NCBI GenBank assembly: GCA_946617225.1
Contig: CAMOJW010000001.1
Location: 1-51,576, forward strand
Direction: 5' to 3'
DNA: 51,576 bases
From: an uncultured Lachnospiraceae bacterium
GTDB taxonomy: Bacteria > Bacillota > Clostridia > Lachnospirales > Lachnospiraceae
Shown here: one piece after another, positions 1 through 9,095 of the stretch
Layout: every line of letters starts with the position of its first letter
How positions within the stretch are numbered: the first letter of the stretch is position 1
Notes under the pieces: model-generated
The model's database searches: none
What the model saw: the letters and a program-made list of their open reading frames with translations, nothing else
What the model was told of the DNA's origin: nothing
Made by a program: the position numbers and the translations under genes

Positions 1-180
1 ACCCGACGCAGCCGGGGACCACGGATCCGACAGACCCGGACCAGCCCGGGACCACCGATCCGACAGACCCGACGCAGCCGGGGACCACGGATCCGACAGA
101 CCCGGACCAGCCCGGGACCACGGATCCGACAGACCCCGATCAGCCCGGGACCACCGATCCGGAAGATCCGGACGAGCCCG
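1..180 (+). repeat. 33-bp coding tandem repeat (~5 copies) encoding a QPGTTDPTDP(D/T) linker
   Basis: cagcc(g/c)gggaccac(g/c)gatccgacagaccc recurs every 33 nt in frame with the downstream ORF. Confidence 0.9.
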
Positions 181-2633
181 GACCCATCGAGAGCGTCCGG
201 GACATGATCCACTTCATCGGAGATGCGGCGGCGCTGCACTCCAGCGACGCGATCCTGATCGAGAGCAACGGCCGGTTCGGCCTGATCGACACGTCCAATC
301 CCTCGGCCAGCAAGCTGGGATCGAACGATGACAAGAAGATGAACGGCAAGACGGTCGCCGCCTACCTGAAGCAGATCGGCGTGCTGCATCTGGATTTTGT
401 CATGGGAACGCACTCCCACTCCGACCACATCGGCGGTATCCCGGACCTGGTCAAGGCGCTGAACGCGGAGGGCAAGTCCTATATCGATGAGACGACGGTC
501 TACATCTTCAAGGACTACGTGCCGATCACCACTGAAGAGCAGAAGAAGTGGTACAACGGCAAGCACTATGCGCAGGCGCAGAAAGCCATGGCAGGCAAGG
601 GAGCGACCTTCCTGCATGTCAATGAGCCGTCGGAGGAGGCGCTGGAGAGCCTCGGCGCATCCTATGCGACGGATGAGCGGTCGGATCTGGCGGACAGGAT
701 CACCTTCGATTTCGGAGATTTTGTGATCCGGCTCTTCAACGTGCACACACCCACGGAAGACAACGCGTACAACAAGCTCACCAACGAGAACCAGAACAGC
801 ATCGTCACGCTGGTCACCAAGGCCGCGACGGAGACGGATCCCGAGCGGAAGGTCCTGCTGATGGCGGACATGGAATCCTCCGATCACCTGGAGCAGGATA
901 TGACGGCCCTGATCGCACAGGAGTTCGGCTCCGTGGATATCATGAAGGCCGGGCATCACGGGTATTACAACGCCGGCAGCAAGGAGGCGCTGGAGAACGT
1001 CAGTCCTTCCGTCTACGTGGTCAGCAAGACACTGAAAACGGACAACTCCCTCCCCAGCTACTATTATCTGACAGAGCAGGGAACGGCCATCTATTTCCAG
1101 AACAGGCAGAAGACGGCGCTCGTCGCGGATCTGACCGGCGGCGAGATCCGGATGCTTACGTATAACGCAGCCAAAGAGCTGGCCGCGGATGCCGTACAGC
1201 ACACCCAGGGCGGCGGATGGTACACCTGGTATGCCGACAAGATCACGGCGGATCTCGTCACATTCTATGTCAAGAGTGATGAGACTTTTGCCACCGGATG
1301 GAACAAGATCGGCACCAAATGGTACTATTTTGATGAGGGCGGCATCCTTCAGAGGGGCTGGCAGGACATCGACGGCATCCGCTACTATCTGGATGCTTCC
1401 ACCGGCGCTATGAAGACCGGCTGGCAGACCATCGCCGGGAGCAGATACTATTTCACCGGAAGCGGCGAGATGCTGACCGGCTGGCAGAAGATCACCAAAA
1501 CAGTGACCAAAACTGTCAAAAAGAAAAAAGTCACCACCAAGGTCACGAACTGGTACTGCTTCGCAGAGGACGGCCACATGCTCAAGGGCTGGCAGGTCCG
1601 CGGGGACAGCTGGAGCTACCTGAAGAGCGACGGTACAGCCGTCACCGGCAAACAGACGATCAGCAAGAAAGTGTATTACTTCACCTCGGCCGGCGTCATG
1701 CGCCGCGGCTACATCAAGGTCGGCAAGAAGACCTATTTTGCCGGCGAGAGCGGTGTCGTAGGCAGAGGATGGAAGACCTGGGACGGCGTCAAGGTCTACT
1801 GTAAGTCAGACGGGACCATCACCACAGGCCGCGCCAAGATCGGTACCAAGTACTATTTCTTCAACGGAAGCGGTGTGCTGCGTACCAACACGTGGGTCAA
1901 GATCGGCAAGAACTACTACTATGCCGGCGAGGACGGCAGCCAGGTCTCCGGCTGGAAGCAGCTGGATGACAAATGGTATTATCTCAAGGCCGGCGTCCGC
2001 GTCATCGGCAAACAGACCATCGGCGGCAAGATCTATTATTTCAACGGCAGCGGCGTGATGCGCACCGGCACCTTTACCATCGGCAAAGTCGAGTACATGG
2101 TGGGAGAGGACGGAGCGGTCTCCTCCGGCTGGAAAGAGATCCTCGTCCGCGTAGAGAGAGCAGTGGAGACTGCCGCGGACTCGTCCGCCTCGGGAGATAC
2201 CTCCGCTGAAGGATCCGGAGCCGCGGAACAGGTCATGGAGACCGTTGAGGAGCTCATCCGCATCTATGTGAAGGCCGACGGCGCCATCGCCAAGGGCTGC
2301 ACCAAAGTCGGCAGGAAGCTGTATACGTTCGATTCCATCGGCAAGCTCACAGAGGGATGGCTCAAGTACGGCGGAAAATGGTATTACGCAGACGCCGCAG
2401 GCGTCGCGCAGACCGGCTGGATCAGCATCGACGGCAAGATCTACTATTTCAACAGCAGCGGCGTCATGCTCACCGGCAAGCAGAAGATCGGCAAAGTGAC
2501 CTACACCTTCAGTTCCGGCGGAGCACTGGTCAAGGGCAAGGCTCCCAGTGTCAAAGCCACCTTCCCTGTACCTATCGAGGAGGAGACGGAAGAGACCGGG
2601 ACACAGACGGAAGGATCGGGATCGGGTATCTGA
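1..2633 (+). CDS. 5'-partial MBL-fold metallo-hydrolase (Pce/CbpE phosphorylcholine esterase-like) with C-terminal cell-wall/choline-binding-type repeats
   Basis: The frame is open from nt 3 through a Pro/Thr/Asp linker into the 204..2633 ORF, so the true start lies upstream of the window. Motifs DAILIESNG, LDFVMGTHSHSDHIGG, NENQNS and VDIMKAGHHG follow the order I recall for pneumococcal Pce. Many TGW-x-I-x-GKWYYF repeats follow. Confidence 0.85.
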   Translation, partial: PTQPGTTDPTDPDQPGTTDPTDPTQPGTTDPTDPDQPGTTDPTDPDQPGTTDPEDPDEPGPIESVRDMIHFIGDAAALHSSDAILIESNGRFGLIDTSNPSASKLGSNDDKKMNGKTVAAYLKQIGVLHLDFVMGTHSHSDHIGGIPDLVKALNAEGKSYIDETTVYIFKDYVPITTEEQKKWYNGKHYAQAQKAMAGKGATFLHVNEPSEEALESLGASYATDERSDLADRITFDFGDFVIRLFNVHTPTEDNAYNKLTNENQNSIVTLVTKAATETDPERKVLLMADMESSDHLEQDMTALIAQEFGSVDIMKAGHHGYYNAGSKEALENVSPSVYVVSKTLKTDNSLPSYYYLTEQGTAIYFQNRQKTALVADLTGGEIRMLTYNAAKELAADAVQHTQGGGWYTWYADKITADLVTFYVKSDETFATGWNKIGTKWYYFDEGGILQRGWQDIDGIRYYLDASTGAMKTGWQTIAGSRYYFTGSGEMLTGWQKITKTVTKTVKKKKVTTKVTNWYCFAEDGHMLKGWQVRGDSWSYLKSDGTAVTGKQTISKKVYYFTSAGVMRRGYIKVGKKTYFAGESGVVGRGWKTWDGVKVYCKSDGTITTGRAKIGTKYYFFNGSGVLRTNTWVKIGKNYYYAGEDGSQVSGWKQLDDKWYYLKAGVRVIGKQTIGGKIYYFNGSGVMRTGTFTIGKVEYMVGEDGAVSSGWKEILVRVERAVETAADSSASGDTSAEGSGAAEQVMETVEELIRIYVKADGAIAKGCTKVGRKLYTFDSIGKLTEGWLKYGGKWYYADAAGVAQTGWISIDGKIYYFNSSGVMLTGKQKIGKVTYTFSSGGALVKGKAPSVKATFPVPIEEETEETGTQTEGSGSGI

Positions 2634-2660
2634 GCCGCACAGTACATTAAAAACAAAACA

Positions 2661-2697
2661 GAGGTGCAGAAGCGAGAGCTCTGCACCTCCTTTTTTT
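2661..2697 (+). terminator. Rho-independent terminator, probably bidirectional
   Basis: Stem GAGGTGCAGA (2661-2670)/TCTGCACCTC (2680-2689) with a T7 tract after it and an A-rich run before it, between convergent genes. Confidence 0.85.
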
Positions 2698-2738
2698 GCG
2701 GCAGTTGTAAGGATAATGATCTGGTATAGAAGCGGAAC

Positions 2739-5285
2739 TCACTGAGTGGCGGGATCGATCCGGAAGCAGTGGAAGGCGGTGACAGCGCCGGAAGCATCTC
2801 TGCATCGGCAGTACACCTCTCCGTCGCACATGCGGGGGACGATCACGTGATCGATGACCGTGGAGTGAGGGAAATAGACCTCTTCGGAAGGTTCCTCTGC
2901 CTGCTCCTCCGTCTCTGCGGAATTTCTGAGCAGCAGATAGATCCCGTCCCCCTGGCGGATCCGGAAAGTGACCAGACCGCCGCCCACCTGCGTGAGCATG
3001 CTCTGCTTGCTGCCCAGACGGATCTCTCTGCCAGGGGCCAGTTTTTTGCTGGACAGATCGTTGTAAGCCTGTGTCCGCGTGTTGAAGAGCTGATAGTCAC
3101 CCAGAGAGACCGGAGCAGTACCGGCATTGTACAGGGTGATCCAGTCGCGGCCGTCCTTGGAGGACACCTCGGAGATGACCAGGGAAGGCCCGTCAAAGGG
3201 GCGAACAGACGCCTGTATGAGCAGGGGCCCTTCTGTCCTCTTCATGAGGATGCCCAGATCGAGCTGAAGGCCGTCCTCCGAAAGAGCAGGATCCCCCTGT
3301 GACACGGCCTGGCCGTTGACGATCCAGTGGTCCCAGACCTTGCCCGGAGAAGGGGAGGCAGTGATGATGACGTCACAGTCCGTGTAATAACGTCCCGCAG
3401 CTGTGCTCACGGCACTGCTGTCAGTTCCGCCCGTAAGGCTGCGAACGCCCCACTGCAGCGTGACGCCCTGCGGGGCCTCTATCCGGTAGGACCTCAGTTC
3501 CCCGTCCTCCTCCGGGAGCAGGAAACGCAGTTCGGAGCGGAAGTTTTCTTCCCTATGCACTATCATCTCCCGCCGGGTGAGGACGTTCCCCTCCAGCTCT
3601 GACAGGCCGTCCTGATCCGTCATCTCCAGGATCTCCAGCTGATCTTTATAGGAACTGTATATCTCATCGTAGATCTCTGTGAGGTGCTCTGTCCGGAAAC
3701 CGGTATCCAGCAGATCGCAGACGATCGTCAGGAAGAGACGGCGATACTGATCGCTCTGCATGAGAGACGCAAAAACACTGTTCTCGGTCTCCATGAGCCG
3801 GGGCAGAAGTTCCCTGTTGAACATGCTGACCTCGGAAGGCACCTGAAAGATGTGGTCCGCGTCATACAGAAGGAAACGGATCTTTCCGTCAGCATAAGGA
3901 GAATCATTCTCCGGACCGGTACTGAAGCGCCAGGCTCCTGTATTTCTCTGCGGCCAGTCCCGGTTGTCGGCCAGGATCTGGATGGCGTAATAAAACAGGA
4001 GATCCCTGACATCCACGGCTTCTTCCAGGGATATCCGATTCTGTTCCTGCCGCAGATCGGCCAGGACCAGATCGATCACGCCCATATCCGTCAGGACGCT
4101 GGTCTCGGATCCCTTGTACTTCTCTATGACTGCACCTGCCGGCAGGAAGAATCTCCTTTTCAGCCACCCGTCCGTGTAGTTGGGCTGCAGATCGGCCAGG
4201 GAATGGAGCTCATCGTTCAAAAGGACCAGCGATCGCTCGTCGGGAGCCGCGCCGTCGAAACCGCACTCCAGCGCGATGCGGGTGAAGAAAGCGGTCTGGA
4301 TATCCCGGAAGGCCTGGTTCATGGACCGCAGGCGGAGTTTTCTGTACTCGGTGACGTCAGACAGAGCGTTCTCCCCGGCGGCATGGAACAAAGTGAGAGG
4401 AGAGAAACGGACCTCCTCCTCTTCCGGATCCTCCTCCACTGCGGGGATGATCCCGGTATTCCCTTCCTCCCAGGCCTGTTCGAAAGCCCGGTCCGCCGTC
4501 AGGACCAGGGAGACAGGGGCACGCTGCCTGGAAGCATCCCCGGACACGGACAGTCCTGCCGGCTGCTGCAGGATCAGCTCCCCCTCCGGGGAGAACAGAG
4601 AGAGGTGGACCGCACGGATCCAGTCATCCCCCTCCTGGGACCAGTTGCCGATCCCGGCGGGGTCCGGTGCGGTCTCGTCGTCCTCCCTGGCAGCAACGGC
4701 TTCATCATGACAGCGACCATCCGCCAGGATACCTGTGTCGTAATCATAGAGGGCTTCATCGGGAGCCGTGATGGCAACGGTATACAGATCCTGCATCACA
4801 GTATAGATGTCATGATCCCTGGTGATGAGGTAGTAATGGGTCTGTACGGGACTGCTTTCGCCTTTCCATTGAACACAGGCCTTGACGGTCACCATCGTGA
4901 CCGGCTGCGTGCCGGGGGTCAGGTGGATGGGGGCAAAATAGCGCTCCACATCGGCATCCTCTGACAGTCCCTGATAGCCGCCGCTCCCTTCCCTGACGGG
5001 ATCCGAGCCGTCCAGGGTGTAGAAGATCCGGGCGTCCTCGGGGAGATCACTGTGCATCTGCAGGGACAGATCCACGGAGGAATCACAGACACCGTCCGGT
5101 TCGCTGAAGGTGATCGCCTCCCCGTCCAGGTGGGAGAGAACGGCCGTCAGCGTGCCGTAGTCCTGCTGCCAATAATAAAGCACAGCCCTGTACAGGAGTC
5201 CTCCGAACAGGGCTATGAGAAAAGGCGTCAGGATGATCTTGAAGATCCTCTGACGATTCAGTTTTTTGCGAGCCAGCTCATTCAT
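2739..5285 (-). CDS. CotH kinase family protein: N-terminal TM anchor, Fn3-associated/chitobiase C-terminal-like domain, CotH domain, C-terminal lamin-tail-like domain
   Basis: Hydrophobic N-terminal helix; RIFYTLDGSDP (Fn3-associated); CotH-type DNRDWPQRN and FLLYDAD; LVISEV...DWITLYN...VSLGDY (lamin tail domain). Confidence 0.8.
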   Translation of the reverse strand: MNELARKKLNRQRIFKIILTPFLIALFGGLLYRAVLYYWQQDYGTLTAVLSHLDGEAITFSEPDGVCDSSVDLSLQMHSDLPEDARIFYTLDGSDPVREGSGGYQGLSEDADVERYFAPIHLTPGTQPVTMVTVKACVQWKGESSPVQTHYYLITRDHDIYTVMQDLYTVAITAPDEALYDYDTGILADGRCHDEAVAAREDDETAPDPAGIGNWSQEGDDWIRAVHLSLFSPEGELILQQPAGLSVSGDASRQRAPVSLVLTADRAFEQAWEEGNTGIIPAVEEDPEEEEVRFSPLTLFHAAGENALSDVTEYRKLRLRSMNQAFRDIQTAFFTRIALECGFDGAAPDERSLVLLNDELHSLADLQPNYTDGWLKRRFFLPAGAVIEKYKGSETSVLTDMGVIDLVLADLRQEQNRISLEEAVDVRDLLFYYAIQILADNRDWPQRNTGAWRFSTGPENDSPYADGKIRFLLYDADHIFQVPSEVSMFNRELLPRLMETENSVFASLMQSDQYRRLFLTIVCDLLDTGFRTEHLTEIYDEIYSSYKDQLEILEMTDQDGLSELEGNVLTRREMIVHREENFRSELRFLLPEEDGELRSYRIEAPQGVTLQWGVRSLTGGTDSSAVSTAAGRYYTDCDVIITASPSPGKVWDHWIVNGQAVSQGDPALSEDGLQLDLGILMKRTEGPLLIQASVRPFDGPSLVISEVSSKDGRDWITLYNAGTAPVSLGDYQLFNTRTQAYNDLSSKKLAPGREIRLGSKQSMLTQVGGGLVTFRIRQGDGIYLLLRNSAETEEQAEEPSEEVYFPHSTVIDHVIVPRMCDGEVYCRCRDASGAVTAFHCFRIDPATQ

Positions 5286-5313
5286 CTTGCAGTTCCCGGT
5301 AACAAATCCGCGG

Positions 5314-6000
5314 TCATCCTATGGCGTCTCCGCTCTCGGAGATCCAGTTGACGCTCTCCACGCCTTCCACGCTGTTGACGGCCTCGGCCAGACGGAGCGT
5401 GAGATCCTTGCGGGCGCGGACCTCGATGATCAGCTCTGTGTGATCGTCTGCCCGGCTCGCGCTGCGGATGCGGCTGGAGTGGACAAAAGGCTTCATCCGG
5501 CGTGTGAGATCGGTGTTGTCGATGGGCGTGTGACCGCCGCGGACCACCACCAGATATTTGTTGCGTCCCGCCGGGACGATGCTGCCCAGCATCAGGACGA
5601 TGCCGATGCAGAGCGTGGTGATCAGCGCCAGCTGGTTGTTCTGAGAACCGACGCAGAGTCCCTCCGCGATGGCCCAGAAGATGAAGATGGTGTCGCGGCT
5701 GTCCTTCACGGCCGTGCGGAAACGCACGATGGACAGCGCGCCGACCATGCCCAGGGAGATGACGATGTTGCTGCTGATCATCAGCATGATCACCACCGCG
5801 ATGAGGAGGATCACCACCAGGGACTGGTTGAAGCGGCGGTTGTAGGTGATGCCGCGGTAGGTGACCCAGTAGGTCAGATAGATCATCAGTCCGATCACCA
5901 GGCCGGAGGCCAGGGTGAACAGCAGGTCGCGGACGCCGAAGTTGGCGCTGTTGGTGTAGAAGTATTCAAAGATCTGTTCTTTGGTCATGACGTTCCTCAC
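5314..6000 (-). CDS. DUF4956 family membrane protein
   Basis: SLGMVGALSIVRFRTAVKD signature, ~5 hydrophobic segments plus a soluble C-terminal domain; start overlaps the VTC gene stop (ATGA). Confidence 0.85.
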   Translation of the reverse strand: MRNVMTKEQIFEYFYTNSANFGVRDLLFTLASGLVIGLMIYLTYWVTYRGITYNRRFNQSLVVILLIAVVIMLMISSNIVISLGMVGALSIVRFRTAVKDSRDTIFIFWAIAEGLCVGSQNNQLALITTLCIGIVLMLGSIVPAGRNKYLVVVRGGHTPIDNTDLTRRMKPFVHSSRIRSASRADDHTELIIEVRARKDLTLRLAEAVNSVEGVESVNWISESGDAIG

Positions 6001-6746
6001 AGGATGAACTCATAGAGAGCGGGACGGCTGAGCATATACTTGCTGGCGGCGGTCTGGGTCAGGTGGTACGGCTGGAGAGCGCGTGAGATGAAACGCGGCA
6101 GCCGGCCGCTGAACTTGACCTCCAGAATGACGCGGTCGTTCAGATAGACCTCGGGATAACAGCTGTAATCGGATCTCTCCCGGAAGATGTCATGGTCCGA
6201 TTCCGAACAGCGGATGTGACTGTCCAGGGTGAGCCGCACGTCCCCGTAGGGGTAGACGAAAGCGAGCCTGTCATACTCCACCATCGTCACCGGACGGTAG
6301 CAGCCCAGGGTCATGGCGGTGTAGAAGCGGACGGCTTTTCTGCAGGAGCCGGAAGCCTCATGCAGGGCTGCCTTGTCCCCGTGGCCCATGTAGCGGGTCA
6401 GCGCGCTGTAGTCGCAGTTCATGAGCCTGGTCGCGGCCTGATAGGAGACCGGGAGACCCAGTTTTCTCTGCAGGGAGCCTTTCTTCTCTTTCATCTCGAG
6501 CCGGCAGGGACTGCGGCCGGGCGCGTAGGTCCGGAGGCGGATCTTGCGCCGCACGGGGTCGCCGTCCAGCTTGGTGATGAAATCCCGGTCCTCCAGCGTG
6601 TCAAAATAGAGGCTCCGCACGGGGTAAGGTCCTTCTGAACAGTGCACATCCCGCGCGAGCACCGTGTCCAGGCGCCGCGCGAGAAGGATGGCTTCCTCAG
6701 CGGAGAGGATGTATTTGTTTTCTGTGCGAATGATATCCAGGTTCAC
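5997..6746 (-). CDS. VTC-domain (polyphosphate polymerase-like, CYTH/TTM fold) protein
   Basis: Motifs RTENKY, SLYFDT, RRKIRLRTY, LEMKEK, YDRLAF, RLTLD, ILEVKF and SKY; GTG start. Confidence 0.88.
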   Translation of the reverse strand: MNLDIIRTENKYILSAEEAILLARRLDTVLARDVHCSEGPYPVRSLYFDTLEDRDFITKLDGDPVRRKIRLRTYAPGRSPCRLEMKEKKGSLQRKLGLPVSYQAATRLMNCDYSALTRYMGHGDKAALHEASGSCRKAVRFYTAMTLGCYRPVTMVEYDRLAFVYPYGDVRLTLDSHIRCSESDHDIFRERSDYSCYPEVYLNDRVILEVKFSGRLPRFISRALQPYHLTQTAASKYMLSRPALYEFIL

Positions 6747-6803
6747 GGGTATGTTTCCGATCTCCGGGAGCTGCCGCGAACGGTGATCCCGGCCAGTCCT
6801 TGA

Positions 6804-8201
6804 TCAGAGCTTCCTGAAATAGTCGTCGATGCCGTTGGCCATGCCCTGGACCATCTTGGTCTGATAGGCGGCTGTGGCCATCTTCTTGTCCTCGGCCGCA
6901 TTGGTCATGTAGCCGAGCTCGATGAGGGTGGTGGGGACCTTGGACCAGTTGTTGCCGGTCATGGTGTCGGTCTCCCAGACATATTCCTTCCTGCAGCCGG
7001 TGGCCTTGACGTAGCTGTCCAGGACGCAGGAGGAGAGAAGCTTGGACTTGTTGTACATGCTCTTGATGTACGGATTGTTCTTCGTGATGCAGATGGTCAT
7101 GGCGCCGTTGGCACTGCTGCTGGAGCTCCCGTTGGCGTGGACGCGGATGAAGACGTCAGCTTTCTTCTCATTGGCCACTTCCGCCCGTTCGATGCAGCTG
7201 TGGGCGGTGGTCGAGTCGGTCCGGGTCAGGTAGACCTCGTAGCCGCGCTTCTCGAGCTCTGTCTTGAGCTTGAAGCAGACAGTGAGCATCAGTTCATATT
7301 CATACAGTTTCGTGGCGACGCCGCGCGTTCCGATGGCATCCGCCGCTTTCATGGTCTTGGAGCCGGGGCCCAGCGGAACGGATCCTCCGGGCATCTTGGC
7401 GGAGTGGCCGGGATCGATGACGATGACTTTCTTCTTGACGGCAGGCTTGGCAGCCTCTGCTTCCGCCGCGGCGGCAGCAGCCTCTTCGGCGGGCTCCACC
7501 ATGACGCCGGCCTCGGAGAAAACATACTCCTTGTCGTCGATGGTCTGCGCGCCTGTTACCATGACGCCGTCGGTGCCGAAGTAATACTTCTGGCCGTTCA
7601 GCGTGTACCAGCCGGTCTTTTTGGAGCCGCTGGTGCCCAGGTAATACTTCTTCCCGTCCTGCGTGAACCAGCCTGTCTGCATGGCCCCGCTCTCAGTGAG
7701 GTAATACTCCTTCTCTTTGACGGTGATCCATCCGGTCAGCATCTGGCCGCCCTTGGGATCCAGATAGTACCATTTATTCTTGACCTTCACCCAGCCGGTC
7801 TTCATGGCACAGCTGGAAGCATCCATGTAATACCACTTGCCGCTTCTCTTCTGCCAGCCCTTCAGGGCGTAGCCCTTCTTATTGAACAGATACCATTTGC
7901 CGGAGACCTTGAGCCACCGGTTCTTGACGGCCTTGCCGTTCTTATAATAGAGCTTGTGGCCCTTGGAATCCTTCCGCCAGCCCTTCTTGACGGCAGCGGC
8001 TTCAGCCTGCACGGCGCCCAGCTCTCCGGCCAGTTCGGAGAGGGCACAGTCCTGTGTCCGCACCCCTGCGGCAGCAAATCCGGCTTCCAGCGCGGCACCG
8101 GCCACGGGGCCGAGCCCCGTCACTGTCAGCAGAAGGCTGCAGGTCAGGACGGTCAACAGCTTTCGTAACGATTTCTTCACAAAATTGGAATGTCTGTTCA
8201 T
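6804..8201 (-). CDS. Secreted N-acetylmuramoyl-L-alanine amidase (Amidase_3) with cell-wall-binding repeats
   Basis: Start reassigned to ATG 8201 (GAGGAG RBS, signal peptide). GWxKxxGKWYY repeats precede IVIDPGH, E, RVHANG and LIELGYMTN zinc-amidase motifs. Confidence 0.9.
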   Translation of the reverse strand: MNRHSNFVKKSLRKLLTVLTCSLLLTVTGLGPVAGAALEAGFAAAGVRTQDCALSELAGELGAVQAEAAAVKKGWRKDSKGHKLYYKNGKAVKNRWLKVSGKWYLFNKKGYALKGWQKRSGKWYYMDASSCAMKTGWVKVKNKWYYLDPKGGQMLTGWITVKEKEYYLTESGAMQTGWFTQDGKKYYLGTSGSKKTGWYTLNGQKYYFGTDGVMVTGAQTIDDKEYVFSEAGVMVEPAEEAAAAAAEAEAAKPAVKKKVIVIDPGHSAKMPGGSVPLGPGSKTMKAADAIGTRGVATKLYEYELMLTVCFKLKTELEKRGYEVYLTRTDSTTAHSCIERAEVANEKKADVFIRVHANGSSSSSANGAMTICITKNNPYIKSMYNKSKLLSSCVLDSYVKATGCRKEYVWETDTMTGNNWSKVPTTLIELGYMTNAAEDKKMATAAYQTKMVQGMANGIDDYFRKL

Positions 8202-8488
8202 ATCGCTCCTCACTGCGAGGACACCTGCGAGAGAACGTGCGGAGCACGCGATGACGCGGATATTGAGCCCTCTTCGAATCCTCCCCCGGGGCCGGAAATG
8301 CCCCGTAACTGAAATCATAGTAACACAAAAAGATGCCTGTGAGAAGAGAAATGTTACAAAAAGTTTAACAAAATTACAAAAATATAAGAGGTCAAAAGAG
8401 GGGGACGTTTACTTTTTTCGGAAAATAAGCTACTGTAAAGAGAACTCAAGAGGTCTCACAGAAGTGTTTTTTCAGAAAGGAGCTGCTG

Positions 8489-9013
8489 ATGTCCTCCGTC
8501 ATCCTGATCGGCATGCCCGCCTCGGGCAAGAGCACCGCGGGTGTCATCCTGGCCAAAGTCCTCGGACTGGACTATATCGACACAGACCTGCTAATCCAGC
8601 GCCGGGCCGGCAGGAGGCTGTCCGAGATCATCGGGGAGCAGGGGGTAGACGGTTTTCTGGCCCTGGAAGAGGAGGTGTGTTGCGGGATCACACCGGACGC
8701 AGGGTCCCCGGGCGCCGTGATAGCGACGGGAGGCAGCGCTGTTTACAGCGAAAAGGCCATGAAGCACCTGTCCGCGGAGGGCAGGATCGTCTACCTGCAG
8801 GTGGACTATCCGCTGCTGCAGCGGCGGCTCAGGGACATCCACCAGCGGGGGGTAGTCCTGCGCGCCTCCCAGACGCTGCGGGAACTCTACGACGAGCGGA
8901 CGGAGCTGTATGAAAGATACGCCGACGTGATCATCCGTGAGACGGAGGGCGGGACTGCCGAGGATACCGTGGACATGATCTGCGGGGCACTGGGATATCC
9001 TGAGTTTTGTTGA
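8489..9013 (+). CDS. aroK: Shikimate kinase
   Basis: LIGMPASGKST P-loop, DTD, VIATGGSAVY and ER..LYE motifs; AAGGAG RBS. Confidence 0.9.
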   Translation: MSSVILIGMPASGKSTAGVILAKVLGLDYIDTDLLIQRRAGRRLSEIIGEQGVDGFLALEEEVCCGITPDAGSPGAVIATGGSAVYSEKAMKHLSAEGRIVYLQVDYPLLQRRLRDIHQRGVVLRASQTLRELYDERTELYERYADVIIRETEGGTAEDTVDMICGALGYPEFC

Positions 9014-9039
9014 CAGGTCTGCGTATATTGAAGGATAAT
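9010..9039 (+). promoter_or_regulatory. Candidate sigma-A promoter for the surface-polymer operon
   Basis: TTGACA (9010-9015), 18-nt spacer, GATAAT (9034-9039) in an AT-rich gap. Confidence 0.5.
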
Positions 9040-9095
9040 AAAAGATAATACTTAAAGGCGCACAGCAGGTGCGACCCGCGAAGAGGAGCCCACAG

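Noticed and set aside
8202-8315. Possible c-di-AMP or c-di-GMP riboswitch in the amidase leader
   Set aside because: The leader is GC-rich but I could not find the conserved ydaO or GEMM sequence motifs; an Rfam scan would settle it.
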